Shown in pieces: positions 1-10,248 of a DNA stretch of 64,000 nt (the first letter of the stretch is position 1; each line of letters starts with the position of its first letter). This DNA comes from an uncultured delta proteobacterium (GTDB lineage: Bacteria > Desulfobacterota > Binatia > Binatales > Binataceae), in contig CAWJFQ010000005.1 in NCBI GenBank assembly GCA_963842215.1, forward strand, positions 841 through 64,840, read 5' to 3'. The notes beneath the pieces were generated by a model, which was not told the DNA's origin, ran no database searches, and saw only the letters and a list, made by a program, of their open reading frames with translations. Both the position numbers and the translations under genes were made by a program.

Positions 1-1
1 A

Positions 2-556
2 TTTTTCGGGTGCGCGCTGGCGATCACCTACTATCTTATGAAAAACGATCCCAAACTCCTGGAGCGGCGGGTCAAGGCGGGACCAGGCGACGAACAGGAG
101 AAAAGCCAGCGGATCATACAAGGCCTCGCGATGGTGGCATTTATCGCTATCGTGGTTTTTCCCGCCCTCGACCATCGTTTCCGATGGTCCCCGGTGGGCC
201 CCTACGCGACTGCGCTCGGTGATGTTCTAGTCGTGCTCGGATTTTTCTTGGTGTTTCTTGTCTTCAAAGAAAACACCTTCGCCTCGGCAACTATCGAAGT
301 CGGCAGTGAACAGAAGGTCATAGCGACCGGGCCCTACGCGCTCGTCCGCCATCCGATGTACATCGGCGCTCTAGTGATGCTGTTGGGAGTGCCGCTCGCG
401 CTCGGCTCGTGGTTGGGATTGCTCGCGCTCGTTCCGATGACGCTGGTGCTGGTGTGGCGGCTGCTCGACGAAGAAAAATTCCTTGCCACCAACCTGGCGG
501 GCTACTGCGACTATCAAAGCAAGGTGAGGTTTCGCTTGCTGCCATTGATTTGGTAA
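2..556 (+). CDS. ICMT/PEMT-type membrane methyltransferase (isoprenylcysteine carboxyl methyltransferase family), 5' end cut by window edge
   Basis: ORF 38..556. The frame stays open back to nt 2 (FFGCALAITYYL precedes the first Met). Hydrophobic helices plus GPYALVRHPMYIGALVMLLG...DEEKFL signature. Confidence 0.75.
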   Translation, partial: FFGCALAITYYLMKNDPKLLERRVKAGPGDEQEKSQRIIQGLAMVAFIAIVVFPALDHRFRWSPVGPYATALGDVLVVLGFFLVFLVFKENTFASATIEVGSEQKVIATGPYALVRHPMYIGALVMLLGVPLALGSWLGLLALVPMTLVLVWRLLDEEKFLATNLAGYCDYQSKVRFRLLPLIW

Positions 557-581
557 CCCCCGCCTCTCTACGATTCATGCC

Positions 582-2270
582 GTGATGAATCGACCAATCT
601 TTCTCGCAGTCGCAGCCATGCTGCTCTTCCTCGCGCCGGGCAATCTTACTCGCGCCGAGACAGATGACTTGCAAGTATCCATTGACGCGACCCACGAGCC
701 GCTGTTCGATGGCATCGGCGACCTGCATCATCCCGTTACCACCAGGACCAACCCCACGCTCGCGCAGCAGTTCTTCGACCAGGGATTGACCTTCGTTTAC
801 GCCTTCAATCACGACGAAGCCGCTGCCTCTTTCAGGCAGGCCGCGCAATACGATCCAGGCATGGCGATGGCTTATTGGGGAATCGCGCTCGCGCTCGGAC
901 CGAATATCAATCTGCCCGAAGATACCGAGCGCGGCAAAATGGCCTACGCTGCGATCACGAAAGCGAAGTCACTCGAGGCGAACGTCAGCAAGCCCGAGCG
1001 CGACTATATCGACGCACTGGCCAATCGCTACGCATCCGACGGCAAGATGAACGACGCGCTGCAGCTCGCGTACGCCAACGCGATGCGCCAGGTCGCGCAC
1101 AATAATCCCTCTGACCCCGACGCCGCCACCCTGTTCGCCGAATCGATGATGGACTTGCATCCGTGGGGCCTCTGGACGCTCGACGGCAAGCCGGTCGACG
1201 GCACGCCCGAGGTTGTCGCAACGCTCGAGGCCGTCATCGCAAAGTATCCCGACCATATCGGCGCCAACCACTATTACATCCACGCGGTCGAAGCGTCGGA
1301 CGACCCCGGCCGCGCACTGCCGAGCGCGGAGCGGCTCCCAAAGCTCGCGCCCGCTGCCGGCCATCTCGTGCACATGCCGTCGCACATCTATTTTCGTATC
1401 GGCAACTACGACGCGTCCGCCAATGCGAACCTGGCCGCGATCAAGGCCGACAAGGTTTACCTGCGCGAGCGCAACCCCACGGGCGTTTATCCGATGATGT
1501 ACGTCCCGCACAACATTCAATTTCTCTGGATGTCGTACATGGTTGAGGGCAACAGCCGCGGCGCCTTCAAAGCGTCGCGCGAGCTCAACGACGCCGTGCC
1601 GCTCGATGCGGTTCGCCAGATGCTGGCGATGGAGTCCATGACGCCGACGCAATATTTCACCGAAGCGCGTTTCGCGCGATGGGACGCAATCATCAAAGAG
1701 CACGCGCCGCCCGCCGACCTCACCTTCACGACCGCGGTCTGGCACTACGCGCGCGGCCTCGCGTTCGTGGCAAAGAATCGTCCCAATGATGCGCTGAATG
1801 AGAAGAACAAACTCGACGCGATCGTCGCGGCGACTCCGCCCGACCGCATAGTCGGATTCAATTCGGCCAATCGATTGCTCGCGATGGCCTCGGCGACTCT
1901 GGCCGGCGAGATCGATTCCGCCAATGGCCTTCATGATGAAGCGATCAAACATCTGCGGGAAGCCGTCGCGATCCAGGACTCCCTAAATTACGAAGAGCCG
2001 CCTGCGTGGTACTACCCGGTGCGCGAAACGCTCGGGATGGAACTGCTAGCCGACGGCAAGACGGCCGATGCAGAGCAGGTGTTTCGCGACGACCTGAAGC
2101 AGTACCCTGAAAACGGATGGTCGCTTAACGGACTGGCCCTATGCTTGCGCGCTCGCAACGCAGCCGACGAGGCCGCCACGGTCGAGGCTCGACTGAAAAA
2201 AGCATGGGCACACGCCGACGTGACGCTGCCGACCTCCACCACGCCGGCAAAGACAACAGCCTCGCGCTGA
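582..2270 (+). CDS. secreted TPR-like helical repeat protein, function unknown
   Basis: 562-aa ORF. Signal-like N-terminus MMNRPIFLAVAAMLLFLAPGNLTRA. TPR-like segments (EAAASFRQAAQYDPGMAMAYWGIALA; AEQVFRDDLKQYPENGWSLNGLA). Confidence 0.65.
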   Translation: MMNRPIFLAVAAMLLFLAPGNLTRAETDDLQVSIDATHEPLFDGIGDLHHPVTTRTNPTLAQQFFDQGLTFVYAFNHDEAAASFRQAAQYDPGMAMAYWGIALALGPNINLPEDTERGKMAYAAITKAKSLEANVSKPERDYIDALANRYASDGKMNDALQLAYANAMRQVAHNNPSDPDAATLFAESMMDLHPWGLWTLDGKPVDGTPEVVATLEAVIAKYPDHIGANHYYIHAVEASDDPGRALPSAERLPKLAPAAGHLVHMPSHIYFRIGNYDASANANLAAIKADKVYLRERNPTGVYPMMYVPHNIQFLWMSYMVEGNSRGAFKASRELNDAVPLDAVRQMLAMESMTPTQYFTEARFARWDAIIKEHAPPADLTFTTAVWHYARGLAFVAKNRPNDALNEKNKLDAIVAATPPDRIVGFNSANRLLAMASATLAGEIDSANGLHDEAIKHLREAVAIQDSLNYEEPPAWYYPVRETLGMELLADGKTADAEQVFRDDLKQYPENGWSLNGLALCLRARNAADEAATVEARLKKAWAHADVTLPTSTTPAKTTASR

Positions 2271-2358
2271 ATCGCGCGGCCGGAGTACGAGAAATCGCAT
2301 TGCCCGTTTTGCGATCCCATGTTAGCTGTCGGCTGTGGCGAACGAAGGAGAAACCGAG

Positions 2359-3219
2359 ATGACTACCAGAGCGCGCATCGCAATCCTGTCAACAATAGTC
2401 GCGTTCGGCGGATTTGTGTGGACCGCCGCGCCGGCGGGCGCGCAGATTCAGCCGGTTGCGACCAGCACGGCTGAAACCGCACCCATTCCTGCCGCGCAGA
2501 TCCCCAAGGCAATTACCGATGCGATCAACTCGCCCGATCGGCCCGCCGCCGACAAGGCGCTCGACCCGGGACGCCAGCCCGCGCAGATCATGTCGTTCTA
2601 TGGGATCAAGTCGGGGATGAAAATCGCCGATATTTTCGCGGGCGGCGGCTACATGACCGAGCTGTATGCGCGAATCGTTGGACCGACTGGCACGGTGTAT
2701 TCGCAGAACGGGCCGTTTCCCGAGCAGTTCAAGAAAATTGAAGATCAGTGGAACGAGCGACTGAAGGAGCCTGCGCTCAAGAACGTGGTCAAGGTCAGCA
2801 AGCCGTTCGACGCGCCCGACCTGTTGCCGGTGCCGCCGGATTCGCTAGACGCCGTCATCATCCATCTCAACTACCACGACATGGTCGGCTTCAAACTCAA
2901 CCGCGAGAACGTCAACGCGGCAGTCTTCAAGGCCCTCAAGCCGGGCGGGATTTACGGAATTGTCGATCACAGCGCGGCGCCGGGCACGGGCGACACGCAG
3001 ACCACTACGCTCCATCGAATCGACGAGGACTTTCTGATCAAGGATGTTGAGAAAGCCGGCTTCCGGCTGTCGGGCGCGTCCAGTGCGCTGCGTCATCCTG
3101 AAGACGATCGCACCTGGGTCGTGTTCAAGCACCGGGGTGAGACCGATCGCTTCATGCTCAAGTTCACCAAAGCACCGGCGGTGGCATCGGCTGCAAACGG
3201 GTCGGGGTCGGGCCAATGA
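2359..3219 (+). CDS. class I SAM-dependent methyltransferase with signal-like N-terminus
   Basis: ORF 2335..3219. The ATG at 2359 is preceded by AAGGAG (2344-2349). Glycine loop IADIFAGGGYMTELYA. Stop overlaps the next start (ATGA). Confidence 0.75.
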   Translation: MTTRARIAILSTIVAFGGFVWTAAPAGAQIQPVATSTAETAPIPAAQIPKAITDAINSPDRPAADKALDPGRQPAQIMSFYGIKSGMKIADIFAGGGYMTELYARIVGPTGTVYSQNGPFPEQFKKIEDQWNERLKEPALKNVVKVSKPFDAPDLLPVPPDSLDAVIIHLNYHDMVGFKLNRENVNAAVFKALKPGGIYGIVDHSAAPGTGDTQTTTLHRIDEDFLIKDVEKAGFRLSGASSALRHPEDDRTWVVFKHRGETDRFMLKFTKAPAVASAANGSGSGQ

Positions 3220-4100
3220 AAGTCGGATTATTCGCGCTGGGAATCGGCACGGGCGCGCGTCCCGGCACGATTCTGAAAACCGCAGAGGCGGCAGAGCGCC
3301 GTGGAATCTCGACATTGTGGGTGGGCGAGCATGTGGTGCTGTTCGATCGTCAGGATTCAAAGTATCCGTACGCTGAGAGCGGCGAGTTTCCGCTGCCCGG
3401 CGGTGCGGACTGGCTCGATCCATTCATTACGCTCACGTTCGCGGCTGCCGTCACCAACACGATTCGGCTCGCGACCGGGATCTGCCTGGTGCCCGAGCAC
3501 AATCCCGTGGTGCTGGCCAAGGAAGTGGCGAGCCTGGACCGGCTGTCTAACGGGCGATTCGCGCTGGGCGTGGGAATCGGATGGTCGGCGGAGGAATTCG
3601 CGGCGCTCGGGATTCCGTTCGAGCGTCGTGCGCAACGGACCCGCGAGTACGTCCAAGTGATGCGCCAGCTGTGGTCAGAAGACGCTGCGAGCTTTCACGG
3701 CGAGTTCGTGAACTTTGACGCGGCGAAGTGTTATCCGAAGCCGGCGCGCGGCGGCAGGCTGCCGATAGTCTTCGGCGGTGAAAGCGGGCCGGCGTTAAAG
3801 CGTACCGCAGACATCGGCAATGGATGGTTCGGCTTCAACGTCGGACCCGACGAAGCCGCGCCGCTGGTCAACAAACTTCATACGATGCTGAAAGCCAACG
3901 GCCGCGATACACATGAAGTCGAAATCATCCTGTGCCCTTATACGAAGAAGGTCACCGCCGACGATCTGAAGAAGTACGCTGGGGCCGGAGTCAACGAATT
4001 CGTGATGCTGGCTACTCCGCCTGAGGACGAGTCACAGATTGGCGGATGGATCGATCGACTCGCGCGTGACTGGATCGAGCCGGCCGCGAAACTCCGCTAG
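3216..4100 (+). CDS. luciferase-like monooxygenase (LLM) family, F420-dependent oxidoreductase type
   Basis: 294 aa. Motifs STLWVGEHVV, ICLVPEHNPVVLAKEVASLDRLSNGRFALGVGIGW and PIVFGGES are typical of LLM/F420 oxidoreductases. Confidence 0.8.
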   Translation: MKVGLFALGIGTGARPGTILKTAEAAERRGISTLWVGEHVVLFDRQDSKYPYAESGEFPLPGGADWLDPFITLTFAAAVTNTIRLATGICLVPEHNPVVLAKEVASLDRLSNGRFALGVGIGWSAEEFAALGIPFERRAQRTREYVQVMRQLWSEDAASFHGEFVNFDAAKCYPKPARGGRLPIVFGGESGPALKRTADIGNGWFGFNVGPDEAAPLVNKLHTMLKANGRDTHEVEIILCPYTKKVTADDLKKYAGAGVNEFVMLATPPEDESQIGGWIDRLARDWIEPAAKLR

Positions 4101-4103
4101 GGC

Positions 4104-5027
4104 CTATGCTGCGGCGAGAATTTCGCGCGCCTTGCTGAGATCGAGCGCGATCTGCGCCTTGAGCGCGGCGGCGTCGTCGAACTTGCGCTCAGGGCGGATT
4201 CGTTCGACCAACTCGAGCTTGATTCGCTGTCCATAGATGTCGCGCGTAAAGTCGAAGATATGCGCCTCGATCGAACGTGCGCTTTCCGCAAACGTCGGAC
4301 GCATGCCGACATTGGTGATCGAGGGATAGGCACCGTCATCGAGTATGACGCGCGTCGCGTAGACGCCATCGGGCGGAATACATTCCGTTTCGCTGGCGAG
4401 ATTCGCGGTAGGAAATCCAATCGTGCGTCCGCGCTCGCGCCCGCGTACGACCGGCCCGCTCAAAAAGTGGTAACGGCCGAGCAGCCGCGACGCGCGATGC
4501 AGGTCGCCGACGGTGATGGCTTCGCGCACCTTGGTTGAGCTGACCTCGGTGCCATCGACCTTCACCGGCCCGACCACCATCGTCTCGAAGCCCAATTGAC
4601 GCCCCAGGTCGGCCATCACGGTCGCGTTGCCGGCGCGATTGTGGCCGAAGCTGACGCTGTGCCCGACGACGACTTCGCGCACTCCGATCCTGGAGCACAG
4701 GTAGTCCTGCACGAAGTCGCGCGGCGACAGCATGCTCAGATCGAGCGTGAAGTTGAGCACGATCACGCCGTCGATCCCCGACACGCGCAGCAGCTCGAGC
4801 TTGTCATCCGGGGTCAGAATCAACCGCGGCGCGCGTGCCGGAACCAGCAGCTTGGCCGGCAGCGGATCGAACGTCAGCGCGAACGCGGTGCCGCCGCCCG
4901 CGCGAGCACGATCGATCGCCTCCTTCAATATCGCGCGATGCCCGAGGTGGACGCCGTCGAAGTTACCGATCGCGGTGACCGGATAGGGATGGCGCGCGAG
5001 CGCGTTGAGATCGCGGATTATTTCCAT
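4104..5027 (-). CDS. ribF: bifunctional riboflavin kinase / FMN adenylyltransferase
   Basis: 307 aa. AIGNFDGVHLGHRAIL nucleotidyltransferase motif and C-terminal riboflavin kinase part (GRTIGFPTANL ... IEAHIFDF). Confidence 0.9.
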   Translation of the reverse strand: MEIIRDLNALARHPYPVTAIGNFDGVHLGHRAILKEAIDRARAGGGTAFALTFDPLPAKLLVPARAPRLILTPDDKLELLRVSGIDGVIVLNFTLDLSMLSPRDFVQDYLCSRIGVREVVVGHSVSFGHNRAGNATVMADLGRQLGFETMVVGPVKVDGTEVSSTKVREAITVGDLHRASRLLGRYHFLSGPVVRGRERGRTIGFPTANLASETECIPPDGVYATRVILDDGAYPSITNVGMRPTFAESARSIEAHIFDFTRDIYGQRIKLELVERIRPERKFDDAAALKAQIALDLSKAREILAAA

Positions 5028-5051
5028 TCAATAGTGCGCGAGGGTTTCGCC

Positions 5052-5912
5052 TTAATCGGTCGCGAGATCCTTCATCATGGTGTCGGCGGCCGACGCTTGC
5101 GGAGTCCCCGCGTGATCGGCCACCAACTTCTGCAGCGTCAAGCGCGCGTCGATTCGGTCATTCAGCTTCACGAACGCCTGCGCCTCGCGCAGCAGCGCGG
5201 CGGCCGCGTACTTGCCCTTGGGGAAGCGCATCACCATGTCGTTAAACTGCAGGATGGCCTGGTCGTAGCTGCCGGTTTCGAACAGCGCGTTGGCGGCGAA
5301 GTACTCCGCCGGCTCGCTCAGCGGCGATTTCGGGAACGCATGCTGCAGCTTGGTGAACTTGGTTACTGCGAGCGGATACTTGGCGGCCTTCATCGCGTCG
5401 AGGCCTTCGCGATAAATCTTGATGCCAGGCTCGTTGGAAGTTGCGGAATCTGAAATTTCCTGATCGAGCTCAGCCGGCCAGGTCGGAGCGATATCTGCGG
5501 GCGTGGGCGGAGGAGCAGGACCTCCTGCCGGCGGTTCTGCCGACGCGACCGGCACGCCGCCAACGCTGTCCGGCGGCGCACCCGGCGGTGGAACCGCGCC
5601 CGGAGTCGCTGCCATGCCCGCTTGCAGCGCTTTGACTTCGGCCTCGAGGCTCGCCACCCGGTCGTTCATCCCCGACGCGTTGGCGCCGGAGTCTACCGCC
5701 GCACCATGCTTGAGCTCGTCGATCTCGCCGTTCTGCAGCGCAATCTGGGCCTTCAACGCGTCTATTTGCTGGCGATCGCTCGCGATCATTCCGCGCAGCG
5801 CGAACTCGTTTTGATTGAGCTGTTGCATATCGCCCTGATCGGCGCATCCGGCCAGCGTGAAAGCGGCCGCAAGGACGACGACGGCGCCGAGCGCCCAGTT
5901 GGTTTTTCGCAC
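5052..5912 (-). CDS. cpoB: Tol-Pal system protein YbgF/CpoB (lipoprotein form)
   Basis: Lipobox LAGC, N-terminal coiled coil (QQIDALKAQIALQNGEIDELK), Pro-rich linker and C-terminal TPR. Lies last in the tol-pal cluster. Confidence 0.8.
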   Translation of the reverse strand: MRKTNWALGAVVVLAAAFTLAGCADQGDMQQLNQNEFALRGMIASDRQQIDALKAQIALQNGEIDELKHGAAVDSGANASGMNDRVASLEAEVKALQAGMAATPGAVPPPGAPPDSVGGVPVASAEPPAGGPAPPPTPADIAPTWPAELDQEISDSATSNEPGIKIYREGLDAMKAAKYPLAVTKFTKLQHAFPKSPLSEPAEYFAANALFETGSYDQAILQFNDMVMRFPKGKYAAAALLREAQAFVKLNDRIDARLTLQKLVADHAGTPQASAADTMMKDLATD

Positions 5913-5923
5913 GCGTGTATTCC

Positions 5924-6427
5924 TTATTCGCTCACCGCAAAGTGGTCGCGCCGGTTCTGCGCCCAGCAGCTTTCATCGTGATCCTGGCAGAGTGGAAGCT
6001 CCTTGCCGTAACTAATCGTCGAGACTCTGCTGCCGCCGACTCCGAGCGTCAACAGGTAATCCTTGGCCGCCTGCGCGCGCTTGGCGCCGAGCGCCATATT
6101 GTATTCCTCCGATCCACGCTCATCGCAATGCCCTTCGACCTGCACCCGGGTCTGCGGATGGGCCTGCAGCCAGCTTGCGTTGGACTTCAGCACGGAGCCG
6201 TCCTGATCCTGGATCGTGTAGTCGTTGTAGCCAAAATGGATGTCGCTGAGCGGACCCTGCGATCCGAATTTTCCGTTTTTCCAATCTTCGAGCGAGCTGT
6301 TGCTGCTGCCGATGTTACTTCCATTAAGTTGATTGGGGTTTGGATTGTTACCGTTGTCGATCGGCGCCGGCTTCTTCGACGAGCATCCCGCTACCACCAG
6401 CATCAACCCCACGCTCACCATCGCCAT
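5924..6427 (-). CDS. pal: peptidoglycan-associated lipoprotein Pal (OmpA-like)
   Basis: ORF 5924..6496. The internal Met at 6427 gives MAMVSVGLMLVVAGC (lipobox) and removes the overlap with tolB. OmpA-C motifs VEGHCDERGSEEYNMALGAKRA. Confidence 0.85.
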   Translation of the reverse strand: MAMVSVGLMLVVAGCSSKKPAPIDNGNNPNPNQLNGSNIGSSNSSLEDWKNGKFGSQGPLSDIHFGYNDYTIQDQDGSVLKSNASWLQAHPQTRVQVEGHCDERGSEEYNMALGAKRAQAAKDYLLTLGVGGSRVSTISYGKELPLCQDHDESCWAQNRRDHFAVSE

Positions 6428-6449
6428 CGCCTTTGCCAATGTCGAACGA

Positions 6450-7811
6450 TTACTCACCCAACCACCCCGACCATGCTGGACAGGAATCATTGCCATTACC
6501 CTCCGTCAAAGCGGAAATAATCTTCCGGTTGCTGACCATCAGTAGATAGATTCGTGAATTGTGGCCGCGAGTCGAGCTGAACGCGATGTAGCGTCCATCG
6601 GGCGACCAGCTTGGATACTCGTTGGAGCCGTTGCCGTCGGTCACCTGCACCGGGTCGCCGCCGCCGGCAGGAATCGTAAAAATGTCGAAACGCCCATTGT
6701 CACGGCTCTGATACGCGAGCTTGTCGCCCTTGGGCGAGAAGGCGGGCGTCGTATTGTAATCCCCGCTGTAGGTTATCCGCTTCGGCGCGCCGCCGGAGAG
6801 ACTCATCAAATAAATCTGCGGCGTGCCCGATCGGTCCGAGGTGAACGCCATAGTCCCGCCGTCGGGCGAAAACGCGGGACTGACATTGATGCCCTGCGTG
6901 TCGGTGAGCTGGCGAACCTCCTCGCCCTCGCGGGTGAGCAGATACAGATTGGTGATGCCGTCGCGCTCGATCGACGCGACGATTCGCTCCCCGTCGGGCG
7001 AGATGGTTCCGCCGATCACTCGGCCATGCGGGCTGTCGATCTTGGTCTCGCGGTTCATTTGCAAGTCCGCCAGGTATAGCGCCGGCGCCATGCTCTTGAA
7101 CGACAGGTAGAGCACGAAGCGCGTGGTCCGATCGAAGCTCGGGAACAGGTTGATGGTCGGATTGTCGGTCAGCTTGAAGAGATCGCGGCCGTCAATCGAC
7201 TGCGTATAGATTTCCTTGAAACGGCCGCCGCGGGTCGACACAAACGCCAGCTTGGAATCGAACGGGCCTTTCTGTCCGGTCGCTGCTTCCAGAATCGCGT
7301 CGGCGAATCTGCGCGCCATCCGCGGCACGTCGCCGCCGTCGCCGCTGAAATTCTTGCCCATCATCCGGCGCTGTTGGGCCACGTCGTAAAGGTATGCGGT
7401 AAGCTTAACGCCGCCAGCGACTGCGGTGACCGAACCCTTGACGACGAAGTCGGCGTTAATCGAGCGCCAGTCGGCGAAGTTGAACTGTCCCAGCTCGAAG
7501 CCCGAGGTTTGCGGATCTTCGATATACGCGTGCGGATCGATGATTCTGAAATACCCCGAGAGCTCGAGGTCGCGCCTGAGCGTGCCGACGAATGCGCTGC
7601 CAAGACGATGGTCGTCGTCGCCGCCGAGACTCTTCAGTCCTGACACTGCAATCGTAGAGAGCTGGCTTCCCGGGCCCTCGATCCTCATGGTGATGGGGCC
7701 GCCACCTGCCTGCGCGGCAGCCCGGCCCGGGGTCAGAGCGAAAACGATCGCGCAGAGGAGCGCGCAAGACTGCAGTATTCGCTTCATACGATGCGGGCCG
7801 AATCCCCGCAC
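6450..7811 (-). CDS. tolB: Tol-Pal system beta-propeller protein TolB
   Basis: 453 aa with a signal peptide. Repeated PxFSPDG propeller blades (PAFSPDGGTMAF, PAFSPKGDKLAY, PSWSPDGRYIAF). Start may be the Met at 7787. Confidence 0.9.
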   Translation of the reverse strand: MRGFGPHRMKRILQSCALLCAIVFALTPGRAAAQAGGGPITMRIEGPGSQLSTIAVSGLKSLGGDDDHRLGSAFVGTLRRDLELSGYFRIIDPHAYIEDPQTSGFELGQFNFADWRSINADFVVKGSVTAVAGGVKLTAYLYDVAQQRRMMGKNFSGDGGDVPRMARRFADAILEAATGQKGPFDSKLAFVSTRGGRFKEIYTQSIDGRDLFKLTDNPTINLFPSFDRTTRFVLYLSFKSMAPALYLADLQMNRETKIDSPHGRVIGGTISPDGERIVASIERDGITNLYLLTREGEEVRQLTDTQGINVSPAFSPDGGTMAFTSDRSGTPQIYLMSLSGGAPKRITYSGDYNTTPAFSPKGDKLAYQSRDNGRFDIFTIPAGGGDPVQVTDGNGSNEYPSWSPDGRYIAFSSTRGHNSRIYLLMVSNRKIISALTEGNGNDSCPAWSGWLGE

Positions 7812-7858
7812 AAATAAACCCCGAAAGAAATCATCCGCACCTCCTGCAACATCCGCCC

Positions 7859-8971
7859 TCAGGACTTTAGCTCGCCGAGCTGGAAGACAGCCTTGATTCC
7901 GGCGGAAAACTGATCGCGAAACTTTTCCGGCGGCGCGGGAAACGGCGCGGCCCGCCGAATCGCGCGAATCACAGAATCGTCGAACGCGCTATCATTGGAG
8001 CTCTCGCCAATCTTGACCGCGGTCAGCGTGCCGTCGGGGCCAATCGCGAAATTCACGGTCGCGGTCAGGTCGTTCGATCCGCCGGTAAAGGTCCACGACT
8101 TCTTTATCTGATCCTGCACAGTCTTATAGTACAGCAGAAATTCCGGGTCCTGTAGAATCCCGGCGCTGCCCGTACCCGGCCCGACTCCATAACCGCCGCC
8201 TTCACTCGGTGCGCTCGCGACGACCGGTCCTCCGCCCGCGGAACCGTTGGGCGCAGTCACGGAGGCGTCGGTATCGCCATCATCTTCGTCTTCAGACGCC
8301 GGATTTCTCTCGAGCTCCTTGACGTGCTCCGCGAGCAACTGGCGCTTCAGCTTGGCGAGTTGCTGGGCGACGCTCGGGGTGGCGGCGATTTTCGCTACCG
8401 TCGAGCCGGACTTGGGGACCTTGGGTTTGCGGCTGGTCTGGTTCGGGGTCGGCTTGGGCGTCGGATGCCGGGTCGGCTCGGGCGTCGCCTCTACAGTTGG
8501 CTCCTCGGTCGCTTCGATATTCGGCTCGAGCCCGGGAGCGACCTCGGCGGTCGGCTCTGGCGCAGGCTCGACGGTGGCCTGGACGGTAGGCTCGGGGGTA
8601 GGAGTCGGCGTAGGAACATCGGCCGTCTTCTCGTTGATCTTGAACGAGTTCTTGTCCGCGTCGTTCGACGCGAGTTCGGTTTTCGCCGGCTCTGTCTTGA
8701 CCTTCGACTCTTCGGATTTCGCCGCTTTGGACTCCTGCGCTGAATGCCGATTGATTCGCGGCAGATGGGTGCCCAAGTCGCCGGCCGGAATGTTGTCCAC
8801 GATTTTTACCGTGTAGGCCGGAGGTGCAGCGTCCGGGGGATGCAAAAACCGCGGCGCGATAAAAAATACCAGAACGAAGATCGCCGCATGCCCGATAGCG
8901 GAGACGAAAATCGCCGCGAAGTATCCCAGTCGCGACGGCTGCTCGTCACCATTATGGTCCCGCGATGCCAC
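7859..8971 (-). CDS. TolA-position protein with N-terminal TM helix, Pro/Thr/Glu-rich linker and TonB-C-like domain
   Basis: 370 aa. TM segment FAAIFVSAIGHAAIFVLVFFIA, PTPEPT-type low-complexity linker and a C-terminal TonB_C-like domain (...VNFAIGPDGTLTAVKI...). Lies between tolR and tolB. Confidence 0.7.
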   Translation of the reverse strand: MASRDHNGDEQPSRLGYFAAIFVSAIGHAAIFVLVFFIAPRFLHPPDAAPPAYTVKIVDNIPAGDLGTHLPRINRHSAQESKAAKSEESKVKTEPAKTELASNDADKNSFKINEKTADVPTPTPTPEPTVQATVEPAPEPTAEVAPGLEPNIEATEEPTVEATPEPTRHPTPKPTPNQTSRKPKVPKSGSTVAKIAATPSVAQQLAKLKRQLLAEHVKELERNPASEDEDDGDTDASVTAPNGSAGGGPVVASAPSEGGGYGVGPGTGSAGILQDPEFLLYYKTVQDQIKKSWTFTGGSNDLTATVNFAIGPDGTLTAVKIGESSNDSAFDDSVIRAIRRAAPFPAPPEKFRDQFSAGIKAVFQLGELKS

Positions 8972-8980
8972 AGTTGGCGC

Positions 8981-9412
8981 TCACTTCGCGCCTGGGGCGG
9001 CGTCCGCCGGCATCTCCGTTACCATCCCGACGTTTTCGATTCCTGCCGCCTTGATCGCCGCCATCGTGCGGATCACTTCGCCGTACGGCACCTGGTCGTC
9101 GGCGCGGATAAAAACCTCGCGGTCGGGACGCTCCTGCCCAATCGCCTTCAGCTTGCCGGTCAAATCGTCGGGCGAGAGCTTCGCGTCGTTTAGATAAATC
9201 TGCTTGTCGCGTGTGATCGATACGACGAACTGCTCTTCCTTGCCCGGCAGCGCCTCGGCCTTGACGCTCGGCAGCGTGACCTCGACGCCTTGCTGAATGA
9301 TCGGCGCCGTCACCATGAAGATGACAAGCAGCACGAGCATCACGTCGACCAGCGGCGTGACGTTGATTTGCGAGACCATTTGCCCGCGTCCCTGTCCGGT
9401 GTCCATTGCCAT
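8981..9412 (-). CDS. tolR: biopolymer transport protein TolR/ExbD
   Basis: 143 aa. INVTPLVDVMLVLLVIFMV motif of the ExbD/TolR family. Confidence 0.85.
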   Translation of the reverse strand: MAMDTGQGRGQMVSQINVTPLVDVMLVLLVIFMVTAPIIQQGVEVTLPSVKAEALPGKEEQFVVSITRDKQIYLNDAKLSPDDLTGKLKAIGQERPDREVFIRADDQVPYGEVIRTMAAIKAAGIENVGMVTEMPADAAPGAK

Positions 9413-9427
9413 AGGGATACGCAGCCT

Positions 9428-10141
9428 CTACGAAAGGAAATGACGCTCGGCGATATTCAAAAATTCGGCAGTAAAGTTATCCATCTCGGTCGCCAGCACG
9501 CGGACGCGGGCGATAAAGAAGTTGTAGAACATCTGTGCCGGTATCGCGGCGACCAGTCCGACTGCGGTCGTGATAAGAGCCTCGGCGATTCCCGGCGCGA
9601 CCGCCTGGATACTGGAGGTGTGTGACGCTGACAGGCCCAGGAACGCCGTCATGATTCCCCAGACGGTGCCGAACAGCCCGATGAACGGGCATGAGGACCC
9701 GGTGGTCGCAAGGAATGTGATTCCCGATTCGAGCTTGGTCAGCTCGACATTTTCCTGGCGCTTCATCGCGCGCATCACGTTCGCGATTCCGCCAAGGTCG
9801 GTCGAAAAACCGCTATCCGAGCCGACCGCCTGGCGCTTGGCACGCGTGAGTTGCAGCAGTTCCTGGTAACCGGCGCGGAAGACCTGCGCGACCGGACTGC
9901 GCTTCAGTCCGACGCTGGCGGTATGAATAGCCGCAAGATTTTTGGATTCCCAGAAGATCGCGATAAACTTTTCGGACTCGCGTCGCGCCCGTGAAACCTG
10001 GATCAGCTTGTAGAGGATAATTCCCCAGCTGCCGACCGAAAATGCGACCAGCAGCCACAACACGGCGGCGACGACCGGGCCTGTGCCCAGCACCAGTTCA
10101 ACCACCCCCAACCCGCCTGCGCCGCTCACCTGATGGAGCAT
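9428..10141 (-). CDS. tolQ: MotA/TolQ/ExbB proton channel protein
   Basis: 237 aa. LATTGSSCPFIGLFGTVWGIM and AEALITTAVGLVAAIPA motifs. First gene of the tol cluster. Confidence 0.85.
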   Translation of the reverse strand: MLHQVSGAGGLGVVELVLGTGPVVAAVLWLLVAFSVGSWGIILYKLIQVSRARRESEKFIAIFWESKNLAAIHTASVGLKRSPVAQVFRAGYQELLQLTRAKRQAVGSDSGFSTDLGGIANVMRAMKRQENVELTKLESGITFLATTGSSCPFIGLFGTVWGIMTAFLGLSASHTSSIQAVAPGIAEALITTAVGLVAAIPAQMFYNFFIARVRVLATEMDNFTAEFLNIAERHFLS

Positions 10142-10248
10142 AAAACCGCCATGCTACCGAAGAATCGCCTCATTATAAGGGTATGGGGAGAGTCAAAACC
10201 AGCACACCCGGAGCGGCTGGGCGGGTGTACAGTTCGGGGGGACTTCAG

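Noticed and set aside
8380-8640. Short tandem PTPEPT/EPTVEAT repeats as a possible DNA-level satellite
   Set aside because: They form the low-complexity Pro/Thr/Glu linker of the TolA-position protein. The repeats are in frame and imperfect at the DNA level.
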